A stretch of DNA of 61,487 bases, counting the filler, from Choristocarpus tenellus KU-1152 (taxonomy: Eukaryota > Protista > Phaeophyceae): assembly GCA_964200185.2 (NCBI GenBank). It is 11 parts of 11 records of this genome, joined end to end, with 100 filler letters (N's around TTAATTAATTAA, not from the genome) between each part and the next. Parts side by side here need not be neighbours in the genome. Positions count along the whole stretch, not along the records: positions 1 to 2,971 come from CAXNAD020023262.1; positions 3,072 to 10,770 come from CAXNAD020005731.1; positions 10,871 to 14,007 come from CAXNAD020022060.1; 8 more parts are not named here. One strand, given 5' to 3'. Below are positions 1-12,479 of the stretch, one piece after another. A program made the position numbers and the translations under genes. The notes under the pieces are model-generated. The model had not been told where the DNA came from and made no database searches. It worked only from the letters and a program-made list of their open reading frames with translations. Each line of letters begins with the position of its first letter. Position 1 is the first letter of the stretch.

Positions 1-592
1 GAGAAGAAAAGAATGGCTACCGGGATATGGTATGGGGGGTGGGGGGGGAATTGTACATGTAGATGAGTGAGTCATAACATCCGACTGTATTTGGTTACAT
101 TGAGGGGGTTCTATGACAGTGTTCTATTTCTATGTGAATGTGAGTCGTATTGTTTTTGTGTTTAAAGTTCTGAAGGGGGGGAGTCTACAGCAGTACCCTA
201 CTTATATGCTAATTTATTGCTTTTTTTTGCTGATATTTTCTGGCTTTATAGTTCTGAATGGGCAGAGTCTTTCTATGACAGAACTCTGAACGACCCCTTC
301 TTCTATTGCAAATCCAATCTTTACCAGTATGACCCGAGGACTGTCCAGGAAAGCAGGAAAATAGCAACTTCTACCAATTCGGGAATGGTTGTTGTGGCAA
401 CTCAGTGGTTCACAGCATCTTCTCAATGTATGGATACACCAAATCCCATCGACACATGACCATGTTTTCAGGAAAATATATATTTTCCATCCATTAGGGT
501 GTTTATGCTGAATGCTTCCCCTAACCTTATTATTATGGAAAGGACAAATAGATGGGGATATGTATGTATGGCAACGGCCATTGCAACTCTGA

Positions 593-850
593 GAGTGAAA
601 GTATCTTAGAGGGCACGAGTTTTGCCCTGTTTGTCCATTTGGGACTTGGCTTCCCACAGGTGTTTTATTACTTTTTCCTACTCCGATATGTTTAGGAGTA
701 GGTAAAATTTTCACGTTATGAAGAGGTGTGTCCGGAACAAGGATATTGACACTTCCTCAAAAACATGATTATCAAAATTACATCAAAATCGGAATATTGG
801 AATTTGACCCCGAAATGGACGCGGTTCTACCCTCTAAGATACTTTGGCTC
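593..850. mobile_element. MITE family A, full length (~260 bp)
   Basis: TIRs GAGTGAAAGTATCTTAGAGGG ... CCCTCTAAGATACTTTGGCTC; internal sequence shared with about 11 other copies in the window. Confidence 0.92.
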
Positions 851-1399
851 TGACTCAAATCAGATCAAAGATATATCGGGTGAAGGCTGAGGCCAAGAAG
901 TATCTGATGGTATATATGAACGGGAAACAGTGGATTTCGACAGGTAGCACATGATATCAAGATTTTTTGCAAGTGTTTTGACATGTTAGAATGAGGTGGA
1001 AGTTCCATACAGGTGGTAAAAGCTGCTACATTTTGCGGTTTTGTATGAAGATGGAAGTATTACCTGAGAGCGTATGTCAAGACGCCTGTATATTGGTATG
1101 GGAGGTATTGTTGGGAGTTGTACAGGTCTTGAGAAATGGAGCATTTACTGAGATAAAGTAAACGAGAGATACCCATGTTTTGGTCGTTATGCATTTGAAT
1201 TTTATTTTGAAATCTATTGCAATTCACCCATATTTTATGGATGAAGGTTTATGTTTGACTTGAGAGGGTCACAACTCTCTGCTGTTTGAAACTCTAACAA
1301 CACAACAGAAATTATCCTCCACACAATTATTTCAAAAACCGATTTTTTCACATATTTGTCAACATAAGGGTCAGCTCCTTTTATTATTATTACTCCCCA

Positions 1400-2971
1400 T
1401 TCCATCACAATTTTATCAGCCACAGAAAAGCCTCCACGTCTACCTTCGGCGTGTTTTCAAGCTCACCAGACAACTGCCTCTTCCTTACCCCTGTGTGCTC
1501 CACACTGATTTCATTCCCCCCTTTGTATGTAAGTACTTGATTGTACACCACATATAGGAGCTGTCAAGCCCTCTCAAGTGTGGTTTCATCATACTCCTCA
1601 TACTGTCTCTTAATGACCTTCACCATCTCCTCAACGGACCTAAGCCGCTCCCCCATCACCTGACATTTCAAAGACCTGAAGAACCACAGGTCCATGATAT
1701 TGGGGTCGGGGGAGTTAGATGGCTGAGCCAAAGTGTCTTAGAGGGTAGAACCGCGTCCATTTGAGGGTCAAAATTCAATGTTGCGATTTTGATGCTATTT
1801 TGGCTGCGTGTTTGTTAGGAAGTGTCAATATCTATGTTTCGGACACATCTTTTCATAACTTATACATTTTTCACACTCCTAAACATTTGGGAGTAGGAAA
1901 ATTTCATAAAAAACCCCATGGGATCCAAGCCCCAAATGGACAAACAGGGCAAACCTCCTACCCTCTAAGATACTTTCACTCGGCTGCGTCACAAGTCTAA
2001 TCAACCACCCCTCAGTCTTCCCTGCCCCTGACAAGATTTCTGAATTGCCCTTGCCCGTTTGGGGGGTGGCACCATCCTGCTGAACAACATCGTGCTTTCC
2101 CTGCAACCAAGGCATCTTGGTCTTGATTGCAGGAAGTAAGTCCTCCATGTACCACTTGCTGTACCACAAATGGTCTAAAGTACAGTCCAGCTCATACACA
2201 TCCCCCTTTTTATGGTTCTTGCTTGTCCTGTCTGCCGTTTTTGGCGCACACACACGCCAAACACCAAGCTTTCCATCAAACCTATGGGTCGACTCTGGGT
2301 GGGCGTTGGCTGCAATGAACATGATTTTGGGGATATGACTGCTGTGCTGCACGGTAGGGGACCCTGGAAGGTTGCTATCACCCTCATGCTGAACTACCCC
2401 AACCCTTTCCCCATCAGCCATAACGTAAAACCAGGTTTCACCCACATGGATCGTGTTTGCCATGGAGGCGTACACACCATATTTCCAGTCTACTTGATCG
2501 CAAACAAAATCCACTCTCCTTACCTTTTCTCACGATTTAACCTTGGGTTTGATCCAGCGGCGATTCGGCATGAACCCCATATCATCCAACCACCTGTTTA
2601 TGATGCTCATGCTATAATTCAGCCCCTTGGTGGCCATCTTCATTGTCACCTGACACACTGTGGGTGGCCAATTATCGGAGTTGATACTATGTATTGCGAC
2701 CATCTTGATCGGTGTGAGCTCCGAAGGCCGCCCACTACGTGCCGCCACCTCTAGGTCAAGTGTGTGACCACAGGCGAGCTGATCAGCGACGCCCTGCCAC
2801 AACCCTCAATGTAACGCATGGACACTCTAAACTACGCTGTGAGGGCCGGCCCAACGTGTTGCGGCAGTTTACGCTCACCAGGGACCATCATGAAGGTGTG
2901 CTGCACTGCAAACGCAACCCTGGTATTCAGGGACACTTGGGCACCCTTGCTACGTGGGGGGGTCGACAGGG
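1400..2971 (-). pseudogene. Plant-type (Stowaway-associated) Tc1/mariner transposase pseudogene, interrupted by a MITE
   Basis: Motifs IHVGETWFY (first catalytic D mutated), HIPKIMFIAANA, FDGKLGVW and QQDGATP. Removing MITE 1725-1981 plus one TSD restores TQPSNSPDPNIMDLWFFRSLK...YKGGNE. Contains stops and frameshifts. The 3' boundary is approximate. Confidence 0.9.
1725..1981. mobile_element. MITE family A, full length, perfect 4-bp TSD GGCT
   Basis: GGCT|GAGCCAAAGTGTCTTAGAGGG ... CCCTCTAAGATACTTTCACTC|GGCT. Confidence 0.95.
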
Positions 2972-3071
2972 NNNNNNNNNNNNNNNNNNNNNNNNNNNNN
3001 NNNNNNNNNNNNNNNTTAATTAATTAANNNNNNNNNNNNNNNNNNNNNNNNNNNNNNNNNNNNNNNNNNNN
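2972..3071. other. Artificial contig-joining spacer N44-TTAATTAATTAA-N44 (first of ten)
   Basis: Identical 100-bp spacer with stops in all six frames at 2972-3071, 10771-10870, 14008-14107, 19141-19240, 22971-23070, 28401-28500, 32591-32690, 36721-36820, 55159-55258 and 58443-58542. Separate 10-N scaffold gaps lie at 20312-20321, 29732-29741 and 41122-41131. Confidence 0.98.
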
Positions 3072-3400
3072 AAGCTGTTCTTTGTCCTTCATTAAAGCAC
3101 CATCTAAAAGCCGCGGGTCCAGTGTGGGATGGTTCAACACAAGGTCCCTCTCAACTTCCCTGTAAGTGGGTATGCCAGTAATCGTCCCAACAACTACTAT
3201 TTTTGCAAACCTGTTTCCTGCGTCTCAAAATGGATGGTGTAGGTTGTTGTTCAAGGCCTACATGTCCTTTAAATCAACATCCTCCTGTGTGTTTTGTTCC
3301 TATACGTTATATTGCAACAATTTCTTTGCATTTTGTCTCCAGAATTCCACACGCCTAGATAATTACTCGTGCTCAGACGAGCATGTTGTGACAATGCTAT
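3072..3400 (-). pseudogene. Possible degenerate copia gag remnant
   Basis: Stop-broken minus frame ...KIVVVGTITGIPTYREVERDLVLNHPTLD... resembles the gag UBN2 region. The 3330-3400 DNA is weakly similar to 6590-6680. Confidence 0.3.
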
Positions 3401-3510
3401 CGAGTGATAGTCCGGTTGGATACTCCGTGTATCTCAAGCAGCAACCATAATGGGCTACCACTGACCTTCTGCGACTGAGGTGGGGTGCTGCATGCCCTAA
3501 TTCTATGCAT

Positions 3511-3770
3511 GAGTCAAAGTATCTTAGAGGGGTAGAGCCGCGTCTATTTGGGGGTCAAAATACAATGTTACGATTTTGATGTAATTTTGACTATAGTTTT
3601 TGTTAGGGGGTGTCAATATCCTTGTTCCAGACACACCTTTTCATAACGTACGCATTTTACCTACTCCGAAACATTTTGGAGTAGGAAAATGTCATAAAAA
3701 AAAACATAGGACACCAAGTCCCAAATGGACAAACAGGGCAAAACTCTTACCCTCTAAGATACTTTCGCTC
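3511..3770. mobile_element. MITE family A, full length
   Basis: GAGTCAAAGTATCTTAGAGGGG ... CCCTCTAAGATACTTTCGCTC; the flanks share only 3 bp (CAT). Confidence 0.92.
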
Positions 3771-4032
3771 CATGGGTACCAGGAGGCGGTCATGGTTGGG
3801 GAAAATTAGGAGGGGAACCACCTCTAGAATATAGTCACTGTGTCCCAGCAGTCCCAGGAGGAAAGGAACAGCGGGGGGGTGTTCCTGAGTAAGATATGTG
3901 GGTTGTGCAAGGGAGAGGCTGTACCTGCCTGTACAAAATTTGACGATTGAGTTGAACATACATGGGTAGCTGTGGGGTCTGTACGTAACTTTGACCTTCA
4001 AAGTGACTAACAAGGAAATATAGTGAAACATT

Positions 4033-4295
4033 GAGTCAAAGTATCTCAGAGGGTAGAGCCGCGTCCGTTTGGGACCAAAATCCAATGTTGCAATTTTGAT
4101 GTAATCTTGGCTATCGCGTTTGTTAGGAAGTGTCAATATCCTTGTTCCGGACGCACCTTTTCATAACGCGTACAGTTTACCTATTCCGAAACATTTTGGA
4201 GTAGGAAAATGTAATTTAAAAACTCGTGGAAGTCAAGCCCCAAACGGACAAACAGGGTAAAACCCGTTCCCTCTAAGATACTTTAACTTTCACTC
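4033..4295. mobile_element. MITE family A, full length
   Basis: GAGTCAAAGTATCTCAGAGGG ... CCCTCTAAGATACTTTAACTTTCACTC, with a small duplication in the right TIR. Confidence 0.92.
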
Positions 4296-4778
4296 GTTGT
4301 CACAGACTATGGCCCTGCCAGACAGCAAAAAAATTGCTTTCTGGGCCAATCCTTACCTTAATAAAAATGTGTAACTTGAAGATCTTCGATTGCAACAAAA
4401 AGGGGGGATGGGGGTCTGACAATAGTTGCTGATATCCACCTCTTCACATCTAGAAAAATCATAAATATCTAGCTCATGTTGTGTCGGAGTAGGTACCATT
4501 CACTGATTACGACATGTAGCCTGCAAGTGACTGTGTAACACATAAACACACTGTATGTACAGATTAGCTCTGCCAATAAAGTACTACATCTACCTGTGCA
4601 TACAAATAGAGTGAGCCAATCTATTTTCTATGCAGCTCCCGAGGGATTCTAATACAATATAAACAATATGACTAGGCAGTGTTTTACAGCATAGTTATAA
4701 CGTACTCGTTTGTAGTACTTACCGTAGTGTTGACTATACGAGCAGCTACGCAAGAAATAACATAGTCAACTCGCTTTA

Positions 4779-5037
4779 GAGTCAAACCAACTGAGAGGTA
4801 GGCAGGGCTGCATTTTAAGGACCCCGAGATAGGGCGAAAAAATGTAATTTTGTACAGTTTCAGAAAGAGCCCTTGCTTAATTGAGGTGTCACTCTGCGCG
4901 TGGAGAGGGGGAATATCAATTTTGCGTACACCATTGTGTACTTCTTGCAATGAAATAGAGTGTATTGCATAGGGTGAGAAAGATGGTTTGGAATGCAAGA
5001 GGGTCCAAACTTGCCTACCCCTCAACTGGTTTGACTC
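4779..5037. mobile_element. MITE family B, full length (~260 bp)
   Basis: 26-bp TIRs GAGTCAAACCAACTGAGAGGTAGGCA / TGCCTACCCCTCAACTGGTTTGACTC; near-TSD TTTA/TTCA; homologous pieces at ~6345-6433 and 14176-14266. Confidence 0.88.
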
Positions 5038-6344
5038 TTCATCTAGGACCTTGGACAAACAAGGACATATGTAAGAAGTGTAGAGTCAATCTAATGACCT
5101 TACCAATAGAGTCAAGGGCGGGGGTGGGTCTGTTGCCCAGACCCAGAAATATCTCGCTCCTGCAAGGCATATCCCTCTCCCTTCTCTTTCCTTAGGCTAC
5201 TGTTCAGTGAGTGAATCTGTTTCCCAGCTCAGTGCAAGAGTTGATAATTTCCTCCTTGCAAATGGATGATTACTGTGCAGCCGATCCTCTCGAAATCCCT
5301 GGGTTGGGTTAATCCGGGGTCAATCCACTTGACATTCTTTAACAACCCTCCTACTAAAACCAAAAAGTGGTTCAGAGGGATTTAGATCCTAATCTGTCAC
5401 TTTACCCTAGATCTCTCTCCCAATATTCGAAAAAAGTGCTCACTCAGGGAAGAGTAGTCATAATATTAGTGTCGGTTTTGATGTGATAGGGGCACAACAT
5501 AGAGACTAGACCACAAGTGGTTGACTGACTTTTTACTCAATATCCTGGCGAAGTCAGAAGTTGCGGATTCAACCCCAGCTGAGGCCACTTTTTCAACCAA
5601 TTTCCTCCAACACGAGGATAATAGATTTTGTAGGGGAACCTGTGGGGAGCTTGGGGGGGGAAAGTGAAGGTTGATGATGGCATGGCCAACTATGGAGACT
5701 ACTCATGGTGGAGTGATGCATTGATGGCCCGTAGATTAAACGTGGGAATGCCTTAGACCTTTGCTTTTTTCAGGATTTGAGATACCAATACCAATGTCCT
5801 GCAAGAGAGTCCTGTTTGGTGGAAGTGACATGCTTGATATTCTATCTTCTTTCCCCTGTTGCTTCTGTGTGCTAAAGGAAGGCCAGGAACGTTTACTGAA
5901 GACCTACAGTTTGCATAACGACTTACCTCATGAAAACAACGTACCATGTTTATACCACCAGCAGGTACTTACGATACAATGTAGTCGTGCCCCATTTCCA
6001 TCAGAGGTCATAATCAGAAGATTTCATTATACTTTATCTAGTAGACTTCATCTAGACGGTGGGACCAAAGCAACAACCCAGGTGGATTGGTGTCATTAAT
6101 ACTTTCGAAGTATTAGATTTGAGACTACTACTGGAAGGAGGGACTGCACATGGAGTGGAAAGGTCGATGTGTCAATTTGCTAGGGTAATGCATTAGTATG
6201 GAAGTAGAATAGTTTTGAGTTCCTGATTTGTTCGTCATTTTATCAACAAAATTGGAACACAGTACCTCCGTATTGTTTGGTTCTGGGACTCATTTGAATT
6301 CTGTGAACAAAACTTCAGTGCGCATCTTGCTCACTTTTTGAAAG

Positions 6345-6433
6345 CAATAAAATAGGTGTATCGCACAGGGTAAGACAGTTGACTTGGAATGCAAAAGGGT
6401 CCAAACTTGCTTACCGCTCATATCGTCTGTCTC
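6345..6433. mobile_element. MITE family B, degenerate right part
   Basis: GCAATAAAATAGGTGTATCGCACAGGGT...TTGGAATGCAAAAGGGTCCAAACTTGC matches 4947-5015. Confidence 0.7.
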
Positions 6434-8209
6434 GTTGCTATGTTGATATATGCTTGTCTCAGACGAACATGCACGACAATTTTGCTTTCCTTTCCATCCT
6501 GGACATTCCTTGCAACATCGTCTAGCTCATCGCAACGCACTCTGGTTGTGTGCCTGGCTTCTGCACGTTGACTGACTGTAATCTCCAAATGCTTTGTCTA
6601 CAGAATTTCACTCATCATGCAGGTAATTATATGCACTCAGACATATACATATACTGTGACAATATGTTGAGCGATTTGTTCCTGCATAGATAGGTCTTGC
6701 ATGACCAGGAAGGGGTACTGCAGGCCTCTCTCACGTACTGCACGTGAGGGTGTGTGGGGGTTGCGCAGGGGGGGAAGAGGAGAGTAAGCCTCTACTTATA
6801 GTAGACATGTGGCACAGGAGTGCTAGTAGGATAGGGGCACCTGTGTTGTGTGCCTCGGATTGACCCAGGGGGACCGTGTTAGGGAATGAGGAGACTGGAG
6901 AAGATTCGCTCCAGGTTGGGGGGGGGCTGTGCCTGTGAGAAAACGAGAAGCTCCACCAGATCACAGCCACAGTGCTCCATTATTAGCATTAGGAAGAAAG
7001 GGGCAGGGGTGGGTTGTGGTTAAGGGAGGGTCTATGTCAATATGTGCAAGCTAAACGTACTTGTGCAACTCTGGTGGGGTGTGTATGTAAAGGTAACTTC
7101 GACCTTCGGAGGGAATTCTAAACTAATACACTATAAATTCAAATATATAGCCAACCATCATCCCTTAAATAATATTCGCCAAAATTGTTGGAGGACAGGT
7201 AGAAAGGAAGGAGTGACGATATTTCGAAATATCTATTGTTTTGTCTGAAGTCATATTTGCTACTGTAGTATCTTCATATTTGCATATAGTAGGTGTAGAG
7301 TACGTAGTGCGGAATGTGGCTGTAAAATTATTAGGATAGATAGAGGACCAACTACTATTAGTTACGTAGATAATTCATAATTATCTGCGTGCCACTATCC
7401 TCCCTTCATTGAAGAAAACAACACAGACTGAATAATGCGCATGAATCTTTGGTAGGGTATACACAGGGTCCACGTGTCGTTCATAACTTGTGTATAAGTT
7501 GTCTCATAAAACATGGCATATTCATGTAGGAAGTAGTAATTCTTTGGACTGTCACCCTCAAAATCCTCAAAATAACTATAAGTTCTCTAGGATGATGTAC
7601 AAGAAGATAACTTTTGGATTTTGGAAATTGGATACTACGGTATATACATACCGCTATATATTCGAAAGATTTTAACTCTTGTCAGATTTTCAATTCTCGA
7701 ATAAAAAATAATATTGTTAATAAGGAGGAGGATGAGTTGTTCGTTGGGAGGCTGCAAACCTCGCAGACGGCGACTCGAATCAAGGAGTCCCAGGTTACAG
7801 AGGCAGGCACCCTACCCACCGTCGTACTTCTGCTCTACTTGCTCAAGGTGAGATTGGTGGATGGGATTGAATATCTGTATGGGTCAGTTACCCCGATTTC
7901 AGTTCGTATCTTGTTGGACGGCTGACAGCTAGGCGTTCACCACAGTCCAACATTGTCTACCATAGAACAGGCTATCAACCCAGATTATCTCCCTCGCGCA
8001 GCTCTGATGGCTTCGTGTAAGCAGTACCGCAGAATTGTATCAATGTCGAGGTTGTTTTACATTCCAAGGATTCTTTTGAGAATTCTAAGTTATGAGTTTT
8101 TGTATCCACTATGCCCCGACCTTACCCTAACCCTCATACTGATCTGCCGTTGTGGTGTCACTTGTGTGCCACAAACCTTGACCAGATTGTTGGTCGTCGC
8201 AAGATTACC

Positions 8210-10770
8210 ATGGCGGACGTAGCCCTCTGCACAATCTACATAAAGGGTGTCCCGCTCGAGACCACAGAAGCAGACATTCGTACCGCCTGTGCACCGTATG
8301 GCCACATTACTGAGGTGGCCATCCCTGAAGGCAAAGACTTCTGCTTTGTAGAATTTGCAGAGGAAGGGCAGGCTAAGGTATGACCTTTATAAGCTCCTTA
8401 ACTCTTCCAATGCCAAACTTTACCACGAAAATCTCTATGCTGGAAACATTTAGACTCAATTGCAACAGCGAAATGAAGGTAAGTTGGACCCAAAGCTCCT
8501 AGATACCATATGTTCTCATAACCCTGATGTTGGGGACTTGTGCCACAGACGTTCATTGTCCTTGGGTTTGACCTCTCAAGCTACGGATCTTGCCCTTCCT
8601 CCATTTGCCGGGTGACAAAACATCTTTTCTTATTCGAAGGCTGCAGCAGAGACTGGAGGTTTCGAGGTGGCGGGAATAATGGCCTCAGCGGAAATGCGCA
8701 AACCTCGACGTGGGCGCAGGGAAAGGCCCACGGTACCAGAGGGAACAAGCACTAGGTATAGTGGAGGGGAAATTGTGAAACAAGGGAGAGCTCTCAGCCA
8801 GTAGCAGTGGAAACGTTAAATCGAAACTTTCAGATGTATTCAAATGCGCGAGAGGGCGTGAAAGGTTGCGGCGACCCTTGATCCCCAAATTGTGCTTGCT
8901 CCTTGCCTGAAGCTGGACGAGTAGACTTCAGGGGAACCTTTGGGTTGATACTCGGGTTATGATGATGGTTGCAAGCAAAGGATAGGTGTGGAGGTATTTC
9001 CAAACATTATTGCAGTAGTCGAAAACTCACAGGTTACGCTTTTCATCATGAAGCTACGGCCTTTACATTTTTACCCGTTCCCAATTTGTTCAGATTCCTG
9101 TCTTGCCCCCCCTTTGCCTTCAATCGTCGTGCCTTTGTAATGGAAGCATCTACATTCCAGGACTTCCGGACACAGCAGATAAGGAGGCTATCCGTGGCCT
9201 TTTCGCGGGCATCGCTGATGCCAATCGGTGAGTCAGCCCGGTCAATGTGAATAATATTGACTGTTACAAATGTTAACTGCAACAATAGTATGCTTGAGGT
9301 GGGATGGAAGGGGATTTCGTCCTGTTGACTATGCGTAAGAAAATAACACTCTTTTTCGTTGATACGAAGTTTTTCTTTTGTATTTTCCTTGGAGCCCTTG
9401 ATGTGGCAATGAATCATTGCATCTTCCGCTGTATTATAGTTTGTCATAATGTATCTCTGCTTCTGCATATGCTGTTGCTGGATTGATTTGTTTATGGCAG
9501 TGATCTTTGCTAATGCTGAGTGTGGGGAGGATTTTCAATATATTTTTTTAAGAACTTCTATTACATCCCTATGTCTGTATGTATGTGGAAAAATGACAGC
9601 TTGCTTGCAGTGAAACCTGTAGTAGTTTCTCCAGATACACACCCTCCTCCTCTGCTCTTTTTTTCTTATGAGATCCTCACTTTATTTTGCAACAAATATC
9701 AGCTTCTCAACGATACTAAATCTTGCCTCAATTGTTGTCGATATACTCTGCACTTTCCTGTATCTTGCTGGGTTTTGTTGCACTAGTTAGATCACCTTAA
9801 CCCCTCTTGGATTGCAGTGACTCATACCCCATGGTTGCCACGAGGAAAATGCATTCAGACCACTCAAGTGGAAGCTGCATTATGGCTAGGGCCGCTGAAA
9901 ATGGTCAACTGGATTTGCAAAAGAGATATCTTAGGCATAATTAGTTGAAACACACACTTGTTGTCCGTTTCTCTTTGAAGTGCTTCCTACTTTTCTCACC
10001 CACCACTCCCCATGAACTCAACCCATGCAATCTTTGCTTGAAGCTCTCTAACTTACTACCACTGCCACCTGCCACACATTATTCTTTTGATGATCTTACA
10101 ACATGTTTGCTGGTGGACAGTGTTGAAATGCGCCAACGCCAGGATGGCAGTCGGTACTCATTTGTAGAGTTTGGTAGCTGTGAGCATGTCCAGGATGTAC
10201 TTGCAGGTGGACCCTACAGCCTGGAGGGTACAGAGGTGAGTCTTCTAAGATGATTAGCTGTGTTGCCCATCTCCCACTAGCCCTCTGCGCCTAATCTGGT
10301 GAGAACCTATGGGCGATTCATCCACCGCTGGCCTTTTTAATTGACCCTGTTGTGATGTATCTGCCTCAATAAATTTGTTTTGAAGTGCAGAGTTGAATGC
10401 AGGACAGACTGAAGTTGAAGTTTGTGGAATAGTCTTCAGTTCAATAACTTTCAGAATTGTCAATGTGCATAGTTGAAGTTACTCAAATGAATCAATCGAC
10501 CAAGCACCACATAGCTCTAGCACACTGCTGACCCCCTGCCCTGCTCATCTACTCACCTTCAGCTTGAGCTCGAAGAGCGGAAATCAGTTGCTCGCATCCG
10601 ACCCAACAACAGGGACCGTGGTGATGCTTCTAGTGGCGCCAACCACGACAATGGTGGCAATAGACACAATGTTGGGGGAGATGGGGAAGGGGAGCGTGGG
10701 GGGGGGGGCGGGGGGGGGGGGGGCGGCGGGGGCCACCGGTTCCGGAAAACTCTGTCTACCTCAAGGGGTT
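8210..10770 (+). CDS. Multi-RRM RNA-binding protein (two complete RRMs and the start of a third; 3' truncated by contig end)
   Basis: Exons 8210-8377, 8640-8755, 9147-9227, 10121-10235 and 10563->10770 splice in frame. RNP2 TIYIKGVP and RNP1 KDFCFVEF; second RRM SIYIPGLP...RYSFVEF; Gly/Arg-rich linker then NSVYLKG. Confidence 0.9.
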
Positions 10771-10870
10771 NNNNNNNNNNNNNNNNNNNNNNNNNNNNNN
10801 NNNNNNNNNNNNNNTTAATTAATTAANNNNNNNNNNNNNNNNNNNNNNNNNNNNNNNNNNNNNNNNNNNN

Positions 10871-11049
10871 CATTTTCCTACTTCAAAATATTTCAGAGTA
10901 GGTAAAATGTATACGTTATGAAAAGGTGTGTTTGGAACAAGGATGTTGACACTTCCTAACAAACACGATCGCCAAAATTACATTGAAATTGCAACACGGA
11001 TTTTGGCCCCCAAATGGACGCCGCTCTACCCTCTAAGATACTTTGACTC
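10871..11049. mobile_element. MITE family A, partial (contig start), abutting copia RT
   Basis: Family A interior ending in CCCTCTAAGATACTTTGACTC. Confidence 0.9.
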
Positions 11050-12091
11050 TTTGCAGTAAGATAGCTGACTTCTTGAGTGGAGAATCCAAGTTGGTCTGAT
11101 TGGTATAATGCTAGGAGAGTGATTGGGTACCTGTTGCACTAAAGAGCATGGAATTACCTTTGGTGACTTTGGATTGTATGGGAATGGACCAAGAGATCAG
11201 TTAATTGGCTATATACAGGTGCTGATTATGCTAACTGTAAAGGCAGTAGATTGTCCATTTCTGGAGGCGTTGTGATGCTTGGGGGAGGATGTGTCGATTG
11301 GTGGTCGAGAAAGCAGAAAGCGGTTACACTGTCTACTGCTGAGGTTGAGTATGTTGCACTGTGTGAGTTGGGGAAGAGGTTCTGTTCCTAAAGCAAGTGC
11401 GCATGTTCATGCAACCACAATGTAAAGATTACTCGATGTTAGTGTTTGAGGACAATCATAGTGCAATAAAGATTTCACAGAAGACAGTATCTGGTGGTAG
11501 AACTAAGCGCATAGACACTAGGTACCACTATGTACGCCGCTAGAGAGGGAAAGGAAAGTGAAGATTGGATATGTACCTACGAAATTTCAACATCCAGACA
11601 TTTTTACCAAGGGTTTGTCTAAGGAATTGTTCGATAGGCATGCAGATATCATCATGGGTAATGTGTGATGTGATATGCTGATTGTGTTTTGAGGTGATAT
11701 ATTTTTTCACTTGAAGTTCAAAGCAGGGGAGTGTGTTAATATTAAGTTTTAAATTAATGTGGGCAAATACGTATTAAGGAAACAATGGGTTAGATAATTA
11801 GAGTGTCGTTGGATAACTGGATAGTTGTTAGTAATATTTCTGTTGAGTGATCGAGAGAACGACATCCAGGTTATTGTAGTATCATAGGAAGGATCCTGGA
11901 AAAGGAATGTTGTAGCCAGTAACACAGATTGAGTGACGAGTTATTAGTAACCAGGGATGACTCAAAGGTTTATCACTCCTCTTCTGAATGATGTATCTCA
12001 CTCCAACTTTCTGCCTCCTACAACATATCTGAGAAGAAATTAATATACATATTTCAATATTAAGACTTGGGATTCTACACATTCTTCAACA
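11050..12091 (+). mobile_element. Ty1/copia LTR retrotransposon 3' end (RT C-terminus, RNase H, PPT, 3' LTR), degenerate
   Basis: ENPSWSDWYNARRVIGYL; GYTGADYANC...SISGGVVMLGGGCVDWWSRKQKAVTLSTAEVEYVAL; FEDNHSAI; RTKRIDTRYHYVR; HPDIFTKGL. Purine tract AAGCAGGGGAG at 11721-11731, then a TG...CA putative LTR at ~11732-12091. Confidence 0.9.
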
Positions 12092-12479
12092 CTATTCTCA
12101 TATTCAGTATTTTTTCAGCCCCCTTGGACTTCACCTTGAAAAAAATTGACAAACACACCACCATAACACGTCCCTAGCAACCAAGCATTTTTGGAACTCG
12201 CCTGTCCTTACGAAATTCACCTGGGCATCTTGAGTATGGGGCCAATTTCAATTTTTCTTCCCCCACCAACTCAGTGGGGCACCCTCCAACTAACTGCCAA
12301 GGCACTTGAATCACGAGAAAAAGAATGGGGTTTGGTTTCTACCTGGGTATGGGTATGAGTGATACGCATTGGAGATGTTTTGCCACTCACCCGTTCTGCA
12401 CACATTGAAAATACAAGCCACGGAAAGTAGCAACTTGAGACAGTATCCATCCCCCATTGTTCACTCAATCTTAGTGAAC

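Noticed and set aside
214-714. Recurrent ORFs with NSYPLRYF / PKHFGVGK peptides (also 1761, 3600, 3747, 17792, 61194) as a protein family
   Set aside because: They are chance translations of MITE family A copies, with inconsistent frames and stops.
1-1230. Decayed LINE or viral coding remnant
   Set aside because: Stop-riddled frames without a motif I can identify.
3016-3027. Recurrent TTAATTAATTAA palindrome as a biological motif or array
   Set aside because: It is always centred in exactly 44+44 Ns; it is an artificial six-frame-stop linker.
5490-5600. tRNA gene or tRNA-derived SINE (B-box-like GGATTCAACCC; similar GAGTTTGAATCC near 54265)
   Set aside because: No convincing cloverleaf or A box could be built; may be decayed SINEs but unsupported.
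5790-6700. Copia gag-protease relic on the minus strand
   Set aside because: Only vague motif echoes; too degraded to support.
7732-8030. Extra upstream coding exons of the RRM gene
   Set aside because: Donor sites exist but the peptide is unrecognisable; could be 5' UTR exons.
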